DNA of 64,000 nucleotides from Tubiluchus corallicola. Taxonomy: Eukaryota; Animalia; Priapulida. Positions 52,108-64,000 of the stretch are shown in pieces (within the stretch, counting starts at the first letter, position 1; each line of letters begins with the position of its first letter). The stretch is from assembly GCA_030141605.1 (NCBI GenBank), contig JAQGDQ010000066.1:310001-374000 (forward strand), in the 5' to 3' direction. Both the position numbers and the translations under genes were made by a program. The notes under the pieces are model-generated. The model was not told where the DNA came from. It made no database searches and worked only from the letters and a program-made list of their open reading frames with translations.

Positions 52108-52179
52108 GGTAAGTTATGTCTTCATTGTTACGAAAGGATAGACTGGCAAAGAAGTACACTAGCGAAAAAGGAGACTTTG

Positions 52180-53170
52180 CAGTAATGCGTAAAAGTGCAC
52201 AAGACAATACACATCTGAAATCAGAAACTTTAATAATTTACTTTCTTTTTGAATTAAATGTTGCTGATATTCCTACAAAGCCAACTAGAGATGAGATAAC
52301 CGATTTCTGGTTAAAAGCACCTAGTTCCTTACAAACCCCTAAGGACAATGGGCTGTTTACGACTTACCTCCTGTTACGTCAGAACAGCTAGTTGATATTC
52401 AGTCTGACGAACTTATAACACTTTTCTTAGTAATGACACAGTTTTTGTTTCATTCTGTGATATAGACATTGCAAAGTTTTCCAAACTTTCTAGATTGATA
52501 CGTGTCACTGCCTAAGTGTTAAAAGCGGCAGATAGTTTTTTAGAAGGCCTACTGACCTACATCTCACAGTGATTGAGCTGGAACGAGCCACTCAGCTATG
52601 GGTAAAACAGGTTCAGCGTGACACATTAACGTCTAAACAACTGAGGAAACGTCATGATCCCCGACCTACCCTCGACAAAGATGGACTCATCCGATACCAG
52701 GTGCTGCCATCTATGTCGGAGCTTGACTTCACCGTGGATGATTTCAATACTGGCAAAGATGTAATTTCGCCGCAGCTAGTGGAGTTCTGGAAGAATGGTC
52801 AAACCATTCTACAGCGTTTTTTGGGACTGTTGGTTAACCGAATATCTGCAGTTTTTGCGAGAGTGCTATACAGCTGAGTTGAAACATTCTAAGGTGACGT
52901 CGTCGGTTTTCCCCATATTAATGACGTCGTTCTCGTGGTCATTACCACGTTTACAGTGGCGTTTAGCAAGAATTATTGTATTACATGCATCTGCTGATCA
53001 ATGGACAAATTCGCTCAACCACCGTTCAATTAGTTAATGGCAGGAAATTAAACCGTTCCTTAAAGTCTTTATTTAAATTAGAATTACCTAAACCGACAAG
53101 TTCAACGGCAATTAAAAGACTTGACTTAGTTGATAGTAATGATGTCAACAGTTTCTCAAGAATTCACTCC
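52180..53170 (+). mobile_element. BEL/Pao LTR-retrotransposon pol remnant, internally deleted and frameshifted
   Basis: ELNVADIPTK...FWLKAP (RNase H NPAD/WxxGP motif); KFSKLSRLIRVTA*V; ELERATQLWVKQVQ; LDKDGLIR; then FWDCWLTEYLQFLRE...PRLQWRLARI...GQIRSTTVQL...RSLKSLFKLE (DUF5641-type integrase C-terminus). The integrase core is missing. Confidence 0.88.
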
Positions 53171-55092
53171 TAATCAATCTTTCACTTTCAGAAGAGCTTT
53201 CTGTTGATGGCGCGAACGGTGATGATTTATGAACTCTTATTACGTCTTGTCGCTGCCGTACCCGTTGCGATTATTCTTTATCACAGTGGATTCTATGTTA
53301 TGATAGACCGTGGTAGATCAGATGGTTTCCATTTAGCATCCACTGATGATTATCGTGATCGTAAATATTTTGTGAAATATTGTATTTACTACTATTGTAT
53401 TTTGTCTTTTGCACTTCAAGTTAGTATAGGCGCATTTAACCTTTTCTGGTCCAACACTTGTTGCAATTTAGTTATTATGAAGTAAGTAAGACCCTGCATC
53501 GGCAAATCTCAAAAATAGCTTTTCTACAGATGTTCAAATGCCCGAGGTTAGAGCATACATCATAGAAAATCTGGCCCTGTTAACCATCCAAAACCATATT
53601 CGAGAAGGTGCTCCCATTTATGCGGCACAAAATCATAAAAGAACTATAAATAAGTAAACATGCATGTACATACAATTTATTTGCACAAATGAAGAAGTGA
53701 GTGTGTAATTGACTGAATGTACAAATGAATAGAATAGATGAGTGATCGAGTCCAATAATATAAATTAAGAAATTATTCAACGCCATTGTGATTAATTTAA
53801 CATTCAAACCAAAATGATTTTATTTCGATAATTGCAGCAGCCAGATTTGATACTATAATCGATAATTATCATCATTAGCATTAAAAGTAGCATTAAAACT
53901 AATGTTGAGTTAATTCAACGGATAAGAACAATCGGTAATCTTTTCACGCTTGGTTTAAAGATTTACATAAGCAGTTGCACTTTTTAATGCATCGTTTTAA
54001 TTATTGTCTTTAAACTTCTTACACGAGTTTTTTAAATATGGTTGGTACGAACAAGTTAAAGATACAAAGCTTCACTATTAGCCTATATACACAAATATAT
54101 ACACCAATAAAAAATAAAAACTTTAGTAAATTGAGTCTATCTACATTTTATATATATACATCTATCTTATGCTTATTACTTTATATAAAAATATACTTTA
54201 TGTAGATTTGGACGGAGCGACTACATTGGTATAATTCTATGTAGGGTAAATAGACACTGATAGGGGAAGTACTTTGCAATGAGAAATAACGTAAGAGCAA
54301 AAATAAGATGCAGACTGCCTGTTTCACAAAAACAGTGATTGTAATTGCAAACATTTTTTCACTGTCGCTTCTTATTATGTTTACTACCAATAAACAATCC
54401 TACAACCAATCACTATAAATCATAAAGAGATATTAAATGGTATTATGCATATGAGATTCGCATAACAGGTTGCTATTATTATAAATGTGTATGGAACATT
54501 AAAATTGTGACAACCAAACGAGGAAAATTGGTAGTCTTCTTATAAAACAACAAAGTAACTTGTGATTTTTACTTAAAAAAACTTTGATGCGCTATCTTGC
54601 TTTGCTAACTTCTCCATTTCTATCCTCATTATGATTTTTTAATTATAGTCTAACAATAAATACAACCTCAAAAGGTAAATAAAATTTAATACACTATTAT
54701 CAAAACTTAGATATTTAGGAGTAATTGAGTAGTAAAAGACAAAACATATATATTTTAATATTCCATTTTTGAGCCAATGCTAGCATATTAGACTATGCTG
54801 TCCCTCATTCTAAAACCTGTTCATATTACGCAAAAAACTTTACGCGTTGTGAACTATTTTGATGCGGATGTAATATATACAGTCGCAAAGCCTCGTCTCA
54901 GAAACTATATACATCCAGGACCCAGACAAGTTTTGTTCTGGTATTATTTTATAAATTTCTACAGCTTAGCAAGATGAACTATGTACTAGCATTGCACTAT
55001 GACTATGTACAAAATTTAAAATTTTTAAAATTCACTTTTACAAAATTTCAACATGCATAGTTAGTAGTATTGCACGCGAATACATAACGTAA

Positions 55093-55214
55093 CTATAATG
55101 TAGATAATGTCGCATTTAAAGTGTCGGTAGCATTAGCTAAAACTGATTCGGTGGTCCCACCCACTAAACCTTCTAGAGCCTTTCTCGAAACGTCTGGATC
55201 GGACATTAGTAAAC
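55093..55214 (-). CDS. SLC28A3: SLC28 copy B terminal exon 11
   Basis: [12 protein letters not shown]...[13 protein letters not shown], 122 nt. Confidence 0.9.
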
Positions 55215-58200
55215 CTGAAAAAGCGATAAACATTAGTGAAAAAAATCAATGAACGCCTTCACAATCTTTACTACGATGATGATGATGATGTCGACGATGG
55301 CGATTATGATAACGATGACTGATGATGAAAACAAGAAAGAGGAGCAAGAATACTACAGCAAAGAGGAAAAGAAAAAAGAGCAAACGGATAGGGCGACGGT
55401 GGTGGCAAGAGCGGTGATTGTGATGGTAGGTGTTATAAAATCCCTATAAATATGCTGCGCATGTGTCAGGTAAAGATGGCCCTCTTTTGGAGTCTGGGTC
55501 CCTTTTTCGTGCTGTAATGATCGTCTGTGTTGTTTTGTTTGATATCCACATTATTTGATGTGCTGAATGTTGCAACTTTTTACGTAGAAACAATGTCCAT
55601 GAAATAGTTGTAATAGTTAACACAGAAATTATAATTATTTTACCTGCTATGCAAGCAGTCATGAAACAGGCTACAGTTCCTGCCACCAGGGCGCGTATTC
55701 CGATCTCTGCTAAATCTCGTTTTCTCTCGGGCGCCATTGCTCCCAATGCACCAATCATGATTCCCACAGAACCAAAATTAGAGAATCCACATAAGGCGTA
55801 TGTGGCAATTACCTCTGAACGAGCCTACAACATAGAAGAGAAAATCAGAGAATTTTAGAATCTATCCAAAACTTGGATCAAACTTTTGTCAGCTCTTTCC
55901 TTGTTATTTTAACTTGCGTCTGATGCTTAATTACTCCGGTTTGCTGCAAATTGAAGACTCGTAAGAAACAGCAACACAACTTGTAAGAAAAAAACACAGA
56001 CGACGATGACAACAATAATAAACTGCAGTAACGAAACCATTAAAATAGTACTAATCATATATAATAGTGCTAAAAGCAAAATTTTAGGAAACTGGACAAG
56101 CTTCACGACTTCTAATCTGTTGAATAAAAATGGGTGAATTAAGTTCACATCAGTAACTGGAAGTCATGAAGCACATTTTGCAGGTATCTGGAAGCTGAAA
56201 CAGAGGTGTAACGAAAAGGTCAAGGTCATTAGGCATTTTGGGAATTTGCCAGTTTCTAGTGCAACCTCTAACAGAGTAGCACTAAACAAAAAATGTACAG
56301 TATCTAGACTGGTATAATTTACGAGATGGACACCTAGGGTAGGTGTTGTTACATTACATTACATTGCTTCACAGATTACATGTCAATACTCACGACGTAG
56401 TATGTTATAAAATTGTTTTAATATTATCCTTAAATTTAAATGCTACTTTTAAATGTAAGTGTTCAATAAATACTTTGCAAATCTAAAATGCTACAATAGA
56501 CTTACCGAAAGTTGTCCTTCTTTTATGTAAGTTGCTAAACGATCATAAGCAATGAATTCATTCAGAAAAGTTTTCATTCCTATTAGTTCCGCGACGAGGG
56601 CGGAGTCACTCCAGTCCACCCCCATCAGGAACACAAGGGGGCGGAAAACATATGAGCAGATCAGCTGTAAAAAGCAAATGATTTTTGGCATTAATAACTC
56701 TCACTTTATAAGTCACTAATCTCTGAAATACAATTGCTGTTCACGAAGCCAACTAAACAACTAGTCACTCAATCAACTATTTCAGTAACATTATTTGCCT
56801 CATAAAAATAGCAAAAGCCTTGTTTATATAATTTAGTTAACTGCGATTGCCGTAATTAACAAACTGAATATGCAGCCAGTCAGGCGAACAGATAGACTGG
56901 CAGACAGACTGGCTAAATGAATGAATGAATGAACGAACGAGTGAACGAACGAACAAATGAATGAATGAGTGAATGAATGGCTGATGACTAAATTAAACTA
57001 AGAGTGTTTGTTGTTGACCTTTTGATTGATTAATGGAAGAGTGAATAATTGAATTATTTAGCTAGTTATCTGTTTTTTATTATATGAGTAATTGCTGCTC
57101 AGTTGATTGGATAAAGTAGGGTCATATGTAGTTGGCGAAAAGTTACTGTTATTTGTGAAAGTCAAATAGGCATCCCAATTATTAGCATAAAAACCGAATC
57201 TTTCGTAAACAAAATATTAAGTAACTAGCGGTTTATATATTCTAAATTTCTCCTAGCGTTTTATAAAAACTATTTTTTTCATATAAATATAGAGCATTCA
57301 AATTCATTCAAATTGCTTAAACTGAATTACCTCAAACGTTAGACCTTCTACGCCTATCAAACCTCCAAAATACGTAAGCAAGGCGTTAACCAATGCCAAG
57401 TAAGCCAGAAAAGCAATGAGATTAACAGCTATGTTTGCAACCAGTTTGATTGACTGAGATGCTCCATTCGATGCAGCTTCTACTACATTTATCTCTGATC
57501 TGCAAAAATATGAAATGCATGAAACAATGTTGCATTCTACAGACACTTAGATGGCGTTACAAGCAGTGTTTTTATGAGAATCTTCTCTCTGCTTCAAGAG
57601 CTTTTATCTTAAAAACTTGAACTTTGTTTGAGAAAAGTTAGTTCTGGGCGAGGTAAAACTGAGTGATCGCGGTTAGCAACCAGAGTTAAGCTACGCCGAT
57701 GTTGAAAACAGATGGGTGACCACAACGTTAGATACTAGTTCTGGGGTGTTTCAGATACTGATGCTTGCTGTGTGTGTACTGTTTACCTATTAGAGAGAGA
57801 ATGTTTTCCCATTTTTATGCTCCTTTGCCAGTTCGATATCTGACCTTACAAGAGTAGCTTGAATAATGAGCCGTATTCCGGTCCCGGCACAAGCACCCAC
57901 ATAACCTTGCATTTGAATGTTGGATTTCAACTTACAGAACGCTGTATAGAAAAATCTCGTTGACATGAGATAAGAACTGAAATAGCGTTTTATGAAGTTG
58001 CATGTATTGGTGTTGTGCGCGTACGGAAGGAACGGTATTGTAAACTGCAATGTAATGGCATGCAAGTTTCTGAAGGTAGTAAACGTTGTGATAGAACCAT
58101 TGCCTGGATGGAAAAAATGTATTCTAACAATTTTTCATTTCTCACTTCCCTGGATAGGCAGGCCTACTGCGTGTTACTCGTGAGACTGTGTGAAAGTTGT

Positions 58201-61200
58201 AACTGTATATTTTAGGTGCTGCCATCTATTGATTAGTTACTTTAACATTTACTAGTTCAATTCACCCCTTATCACAATTGTTCAGTCCAGTGAATATTCA
58301 AACTCTCTGTATCTCCCCTATTTTACTGTAATGGGATATGTGAAGCCAAGTTTTTGCATAGTTCTTTACATATATAAACTGGCTAGATTCCACTTCTAGC
58401 CACTGTCTACTCATTCGTGATCACTGCAGGACACTCTGGTCCTCAGTGCAGCAGTCATGTTCATATAACTCTGTAGTGTATTTATTGTAATAAAAGTGTT
58501 TTAGTTTTGTGCAAACATGTAATCTGGTGTTTAGTTGTTTTCTACAAGTGTTCAATTTCGACTTCACAAATAACTTTTACAGACTGTACTGAACTGTTAC
58601 AACTACAGAATTCGTAAGACAAATGCATATTTCCTTAATTTTTCTAATGAATTAAATGATATACTTGACAGAAAACAGCGCAGCAGTTCAAACGATGCTC
58701 TGTTTGCTTTTTAATTTCTCCCTTGTTTACTATTTAGTTACCTTGGTAAGACTTTTATCTCCGTATTCTCTAAAAATGCTAAAGCTGCAATTACGCTAAT
58801 TTATACACAGCAATGGCGAATCAAAAGCAGGGATTACTTAACGAAATGTTAGTGATATGACCGGAACCTAACTTCACCATTAATGATATCCCACCAGCAT
58901 GAACCACTGAACAGTCAGACAGGGACAATCTGACGAATATAAATCCTCCTTCCACGAAATTACATAGCATTAATTAGGCTACTTTCCTTGTGAAAGCAAT
59001 ATAATTAGACTACAAAAGTATTCTGCTAAAACAATGACACTTTTGCTGATTAAAAAGAAAGCAGTAGGCCCGTGTCTACATACTATTCTCAAAACAATAA
59101 CAGATTTTTGAAAGTTACGTGAAATTTTGTGTAACCGGCTGACCTGCCAAGAAAACCAGGCCTGGCGCCTGTGTCAACACTTGTTTTATTACCATACTTC
59201 TTAGTAGATCAATTAAACAAAAAATAAACACCCAAGTTGCCCTCCTCATGTTTTTAAATGTTGTGATTAACCGATAAAAAGTAACTTGCAATGTTGAGTT
59301 TTCCATAACATATTTGTTTAACACATTTCCTTACAATGCAGCTAGCTTTACAGCTACGACTCAACAACATTCACCTCTATTGTTTAACACATTTCCTTAC
59401 AATGCAGCTAGCTTTACAGCTACGACTCAACAACATTCACCTCTACGAAGGGCATTGGTAACCTTTTTTAGCACATGCAACAGCAATTATACCATATAAT
59501 AGTCATCAACAATGTTTAAAACCCCGTATAAACTTCATTTCCTGTAGATACCCAAAATCCCTACTAATGTAATCATTGTAATGAATTGCAAATAAAAATA
59601 GCCAGTTTATAAACTTCTGTTTAATTTATGTAAAACACTGCAGTTTAAAAGCTCTAGATTAATAAGACCAAACAATGTTAATCTCATGTATGCATAGAAA
59701 CTGGTTTTTTTTATAGTAACTGGAATAAAAACGTTGCAATTTCATACTTTCTCGTAAGCTATCTGCTCTCGTTTTCAAATAATCATCTAAAATCGTGCAA
59801 CAATTTATGTTGTTGTAAAACATTTCAAATGCCAACCCATGCCTTGCAGACTTTTAAGTAAATTTCTTACCCTTTTGGCAATTCTACATCCTTTGCAGTT
59901 TTAGTTTTACTTTCCTCTGTCTCAGGATAGAAAAGCTTGGAGATTGCTAAAGCAGCTGGAGCTGACATTACTGATGCAGACAACAAGTGACTCGCTTGAA
60001 CCTTGAAAAATAAAATTCATTTATAAAAGATATAATATCTATAACGTGATTCACTCATAATAGATTGATTTTAATTTTAGCCAACTATAAGTACATTGTT
60101 AACTTTAAAACGGCAACCTAGGCCCTCCAATGGCCGCTGACCAACTACTATCACAAGTATAATTTTCGACTTGCGACTTATATTTTGTGATTGAATTTAT
60201 TAGAACTGAATTAAAATACGCATACAAACAAGGCCCCATGAGGCCTAGTGTCACAATCTTGGACTTGTAATGCGAAGACACCACCTGGTTTAAATCTAGA
60301 CTCAGTCCTGGTTTTTTCAGCGTTTTTTGTTATTTAAAAATTTAATAATTATGACTTTATATTCCATCGTTATTGGTGACCTTTAAATGTAAATAATCAA
60401 TTCATTATGCTGGGATTATTCTAGGATTCAGATTAATTATAAAAATTATTCCAATTAGTTATTAATTATGTTAATTGCTCTAGTGCATGGGTTCCTATCT
60501 ATTGCATAGAGTCTAGTGCGAGTAATTTGCAGGAAATTTTGCGTTGATTGGTAAGCTACTAGAAGTAAACCAAGACCTGCTTTGATCACTAGAGGCGCTC
60601 TTTGCTCTAGCAGTCATGGTTTTAAATTTGCAGGTCCTGGAGTGTTACTTGTTAATGTTATTTTAATTACGTTGAAGTGCAGGCAGCTTTACGCAAACAC
60701 TGACAATCACCAGAATGTTAATGTGGTTAATTCAGTGTAAATGCATCTAGCTGGATACTTGATCTTTCATTGTATGCTGTACAACCTTGAAAGTGACATG
60801 CACTATGAGTATTACCAACAGAATCGTTTAAACAGAAAGTGTTAAATGCTTAATTTCCTTGCTGGCATGAGAGGAGAAAGAATGAGAGAAAAGGAGCAGC
60901 GAGAGAAAAAAGGGAAAAGAAAGGGCGAAAACAGACAGGCAGACTGACTGACACACTGTATTTCACTCAGTATTTCAATTTAGACATCAGACATTTGCCA
61001 TCAGCCTGACAGACAGACAGATTGGCAGATAGACAGATAGGTAGATGATAGTGAGAGGAGAAACACAGTGAGGGAAGAGAAAGAGAGAAAGAGGGCGAGA
61101 GAAAAAGAGAAAGGGGGAGAGAAGGGGGAAGAAGAGAGAGACAGAGAGAAGGGGAGAAAGAGAAGCACGCGCAAAAGGAAATTTGCGAAACCTCTAAGGA

Positions 61201-62960
61201 AAAACACTAAGATCCTGAGACGAACAACACTATAATTAAAAGGTATGGCACTTCGCATCGCCCAATTGTCATCACATTTAACTAATTGTTTACAAACTAA
61301 ATATACTTACTCCAAAGCTGATATATGCTCCTAATACCGAGCCAGCTACTGTAGAGAAGCCGCCGGTCATTATAGCATGAAGTTCTGACTTTGTCATATC
61401 TTTGAGGTATGGTTTAATCATCAACGGAGCTTCAGACTGGAAATGAAATTTAATGCAAAGTAAATACTAAAAACCGTTTTACAGGTTGGTATTAAATTAT
61501 GTATGGTGTGTATACGAATATGCTACGAAGAGCCGTGATGCGTTTCAGCATTAAAATTTTCATTATAAAAATAAGCAAAGGCGTCGTAAAACTGTAATAT
61601 CCGTTAATACCACGAGCATACAAGACTGGGTGTACGATAACGAGGCAGTGAGCTTTAAGCAGTGAACATTGCTCAACTGCGTGTGCAAACAAAAAATAAG
61701 CTAAATTGATATTGCTATAAAATGCACAACTTTCTCTCAATTCAATCAGTTTTATCCCTAAATACATTAGTGAATGTTTACTCTGAATATTTTGTTATTT
61801 TTGTTACAAAATAATGTTATTTTTACAAGTTGTGTAAATTAAAGTCAACAGTGACGAATCAAAATTCTATTTTCTCAACAAATATTTGAAAATTTTCAAA
61901 AAGGATATATAGTTTTTTACATCAAGCAATTCACGTAACAGTTCAAGGCATATGAACGCAATAAAGGATTTCATCCAAGTTAATCAATCAATTACATGAC
62001 TTCATTATCACAATTTCGCTTAAGATTATATATATAGCAATAAGCCAATTATTTGGTTCAAAAAAATTGTGGCGATGGTACATTCTGTTTAAAGTTTTTA
62101 AAATATGCGTTGGTTCAAAAAGTTGGGGTACATTCATTTTCGAGTTCTTTTTTTGATACGCGTTGGTGCAAAAGTCGTGATCTTTTTAAAGCTTTTTATA
62201 ACTATATACTGGTTGATAGTGAGCTATATAAGCTTGATGTCTTACTGATGACAACATGCAGAAATCGTCCAAAGATTATTTATTAACCTTTAAATTTTAA
62301 TGTGAAAAATAGATAAATCGAATCGAAATTGTGTATTTTATAAGTCCTTTTAATATGGCATAATTTTTTGGCAAACTCCGCATCAATGGCGTCGGAACAT
62401 CCCTCACCTATTACATTAACTTTTTTAACTTTTAACTTTTATTTTTCATTCCACCACATCACAATTTGGAAACATTATGCATGTAATTGTATTTGTGGTT
62501 TACATGCCAAAAACGCTGCAAAACGTACAGATCGTCCAGACCATTAACATAAATAGCATATAAAGTAGATCGATGATGACAAGTGGTGATGAACATTAAA
62601 TGATCAAACTATACAGGATGTTAACTATTAATACTATTACTCTACAGGATTTTACGTATGATTGAAGTACAAACATGCTCAACCTGAAGTGAAATAATTA
62701 TATAACAGGCCTGGGATCAACTTAATTAAAGATGAAAACTTTTGTTAATAAGTCATCGAAGGTGGCAAACACGTAACATTAGCTTTCTGTCATCTCACCT
62801 GCCCAATAAATATATTTCCAGCTGCATTCAATGATTCAGCTGCTGTGGTTTCCATGGTAAACTGCATCAGCCAGGCGACTTTTTTGATGACGACTTGCAT
62901 CACTCCCATATAGTAGAGGACGGAAATGACGGAACTGAAATACACCACCACCGGAAGTAC
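55093..62960 (-). CDS. SLC28A3: Concentrative nucleoside transporter, SLC28/CNT3-like, copy B (coding exons 5-11; 5' part beyond the right edge)
   Basis: Exons 62960-62799, 61436-61311, 60001-59871, 57499-57331, 56664-56506, 55824-55644 and 55214-55093. Lengths and phases are identical to copy A, with no stops. Canonical motifs [38 protein letters not shown] and [13 protein letters not shown]. Confidence 0.95.
55644..55824 (-). CDS. SLC28A3: SLC28 copy B exon 10
   Basis: [27 protein letters not shown]...[12 protein letters not shown], 181 nt. Confidence 0.95.
56506..56664 (-). CDS. SLC28A3: SLC28 copy B exon 9
   Basis: [18 protein letters not shown]...LNEFIAY..., 159 nt. Confidence 0.95.
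57331..57499 (-). CDS. SLC28A3: SLC28 copy B exon 8
   Basis: [32 protein letters not shown]..., 169 nt. Confidence 0.95.
57557..58760. mobile_element. ~1.2-kb copy-B-specific intronic segment containing a 5S-like SINE head and a solo-LTR-like part
   Basis: Absent from the homologous copy A site (TAGATGGCG|CCGTG at 36190). Contains GAGTTAAGC...GATGGGTGACC (57683-57721, resembling the 5S internal promoter) and a TG...AATAAA...CA segment at ~58189-58546. Confidence 0.6.
59314..59445 (+). repeat. Perfect 66-bp tandem duplication specific to a copy B intron
   Basis: Two identical units start at 59314 and 59380; copy A has a single homologous unit at ~36852-36918. Confidence 0.95.
59871..60001 (-). 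CDS. SLC28A3: SLC28 copy B exon 7
   Basis: [30 protein letters not shown]..., 131 nt. Confidence 0.95.
61311..61436 (-). CDS. SLC28A3: SLC28 copy B exon 6
   Basis: [42 protein letters not shown], 126 nt. Confidence 0.95.
62420..62745 (-). mobile_element. Copy-B-specific retroposon-like insertion with an (AAAGTT)n tail
   Basis: Absent at the homologous copy A site (~39805). Its left end reads AATAAAAGTTAAAAGTTAAAAAAGTT on the minus strand. Confidence 0.55.
62799..62960 (-). CDS. SLC28A3: SLC28 copy B exon 5
   Basis: [10 protein letters not shown]...AGNIFIGQ, 162 nt. Confidence 0.95.
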
Positions 62961-64000
62961 CTACAAAAAGAATAGAAAATTTTATTTTCACGACTTATAG
63001 CTAAAGACAAACAACTTTAAGATATTGTTAGGTAGCCTACCCTCTACAAACTACTATTACAATTGGTAGTGCAGATAAATACAAATCAACAAAAATTAAA
63101 ATCAAAGGCCGATTTTACCATTTGGTGTTAACAACCTGCGCAGAACTGTGAACCTGCAGTTATTTCCAGATGTAGGTCTCACGCATTCAGTACAATAGTC
63201 AGTGATATTAGTACTAAATATCGAGTACTAAATAGCACTCTAACAATACAAGAAAAAGAAGAATAATGTTAGGCCTACAATAAAAAATACGCCAGGTAAA
63301 ATTTGTGTCAGATTTTTAAAGGGTTGTCATGCAAAGAGGAAAACGGTCTGTGAAGAATGTTAGCAACTAATAGGCAATGCACACTTTTGGAAAGTTTAGT
63401 AAAGTAATTTGTGTTACTTCCTAGTCAAAAACTTAGGGTCGATATTACGGTTCTCACATGCGGACAAACTCACCAAAAATATCGCCCCTCCGTGAATGAC
63501 ATTGTTCTTGAAATCCTTGCAAAATAATAAAGACCCGGTGTATAGGAGATTTGTAAAGAGCACTAATGTTCAACATAATAGGACACAAGTAGTTATAAGG
63601 ATGACACCAAGAGAAAATAAAACCCAGAACTGCGTTTTTATGAGCGAAACTGTAGTAAAATTGTGTCTCTTGTGTTAGTGGAAAATATCTAAATATACGT
63701 AATACAGAGGAAGTGTAATAGAGCGCATGTGCATTATCTTGAAACATTAACTTTGCAGTAAAATGCATGCAAAGCGTTAGTGATTTAACTAATGTATACG
63801 CCCACCAAGATCACTTGTATTTCACAAAAAATTTGCACAAATTCGTTTCGAATCAAAGGGTTAATCTGGAGCTAATCTGGATTAACTTTCATTATTCTAT
63901 ATAATGTAGTGTGTCTGTGCCATCTGGGGTGTACTATCAACTCTTTTTATGTTGCAAGGAATACTCATACGTGTACATTCACCTGAATGTCAGTTATCCA

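Overview
AT-rich, intron-containing genomic DNA from an animal, most likely an invertebrate. There is no prokaryotic operon structure, and most ORF-track entries are repeat or antisense artefacts. Three protein-coding genes can be assembled by hand on the minus strand from GT-AG splice sites with consistent phases. (1) A complete 11-coding-exon SLC28/CNT3-like concentrative nucleoside transporter (copy A, CDS 33281-45749, 697 aa). (2) The last seven coding exons of a tandem paralogue (copy B, 55093-62960, continuing beyond the window). (3) The 5' part of an unrecognised secreted Gln/Asn/Arg/Pro-rich protein, with a TATA-Inr promoter near 5734-5763, a signal-peptide exon at 5235-5300 and a 275-codon exon at 1-825 that the ORF track misses. 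The most notable observation is that copy A has an intact ORF but carries Ala instead of the conserved nucleobase-contacting Phe of the CGF[A/S]N motif, plus other changes in binding-site motifs, whereas copy B is canonical; this suggests neofunctionalisation. In addition, copy A's start-codon exon is bracketed by a ~230-260 bp intronic inverted-repeat pair. The rest is intergenic or intronic DNA with decayed CR1-type LINE, BEL/Pao, tRNA-SINE, MITE/foldback and possible Merlin remnants, plus micro- and minisatellites.
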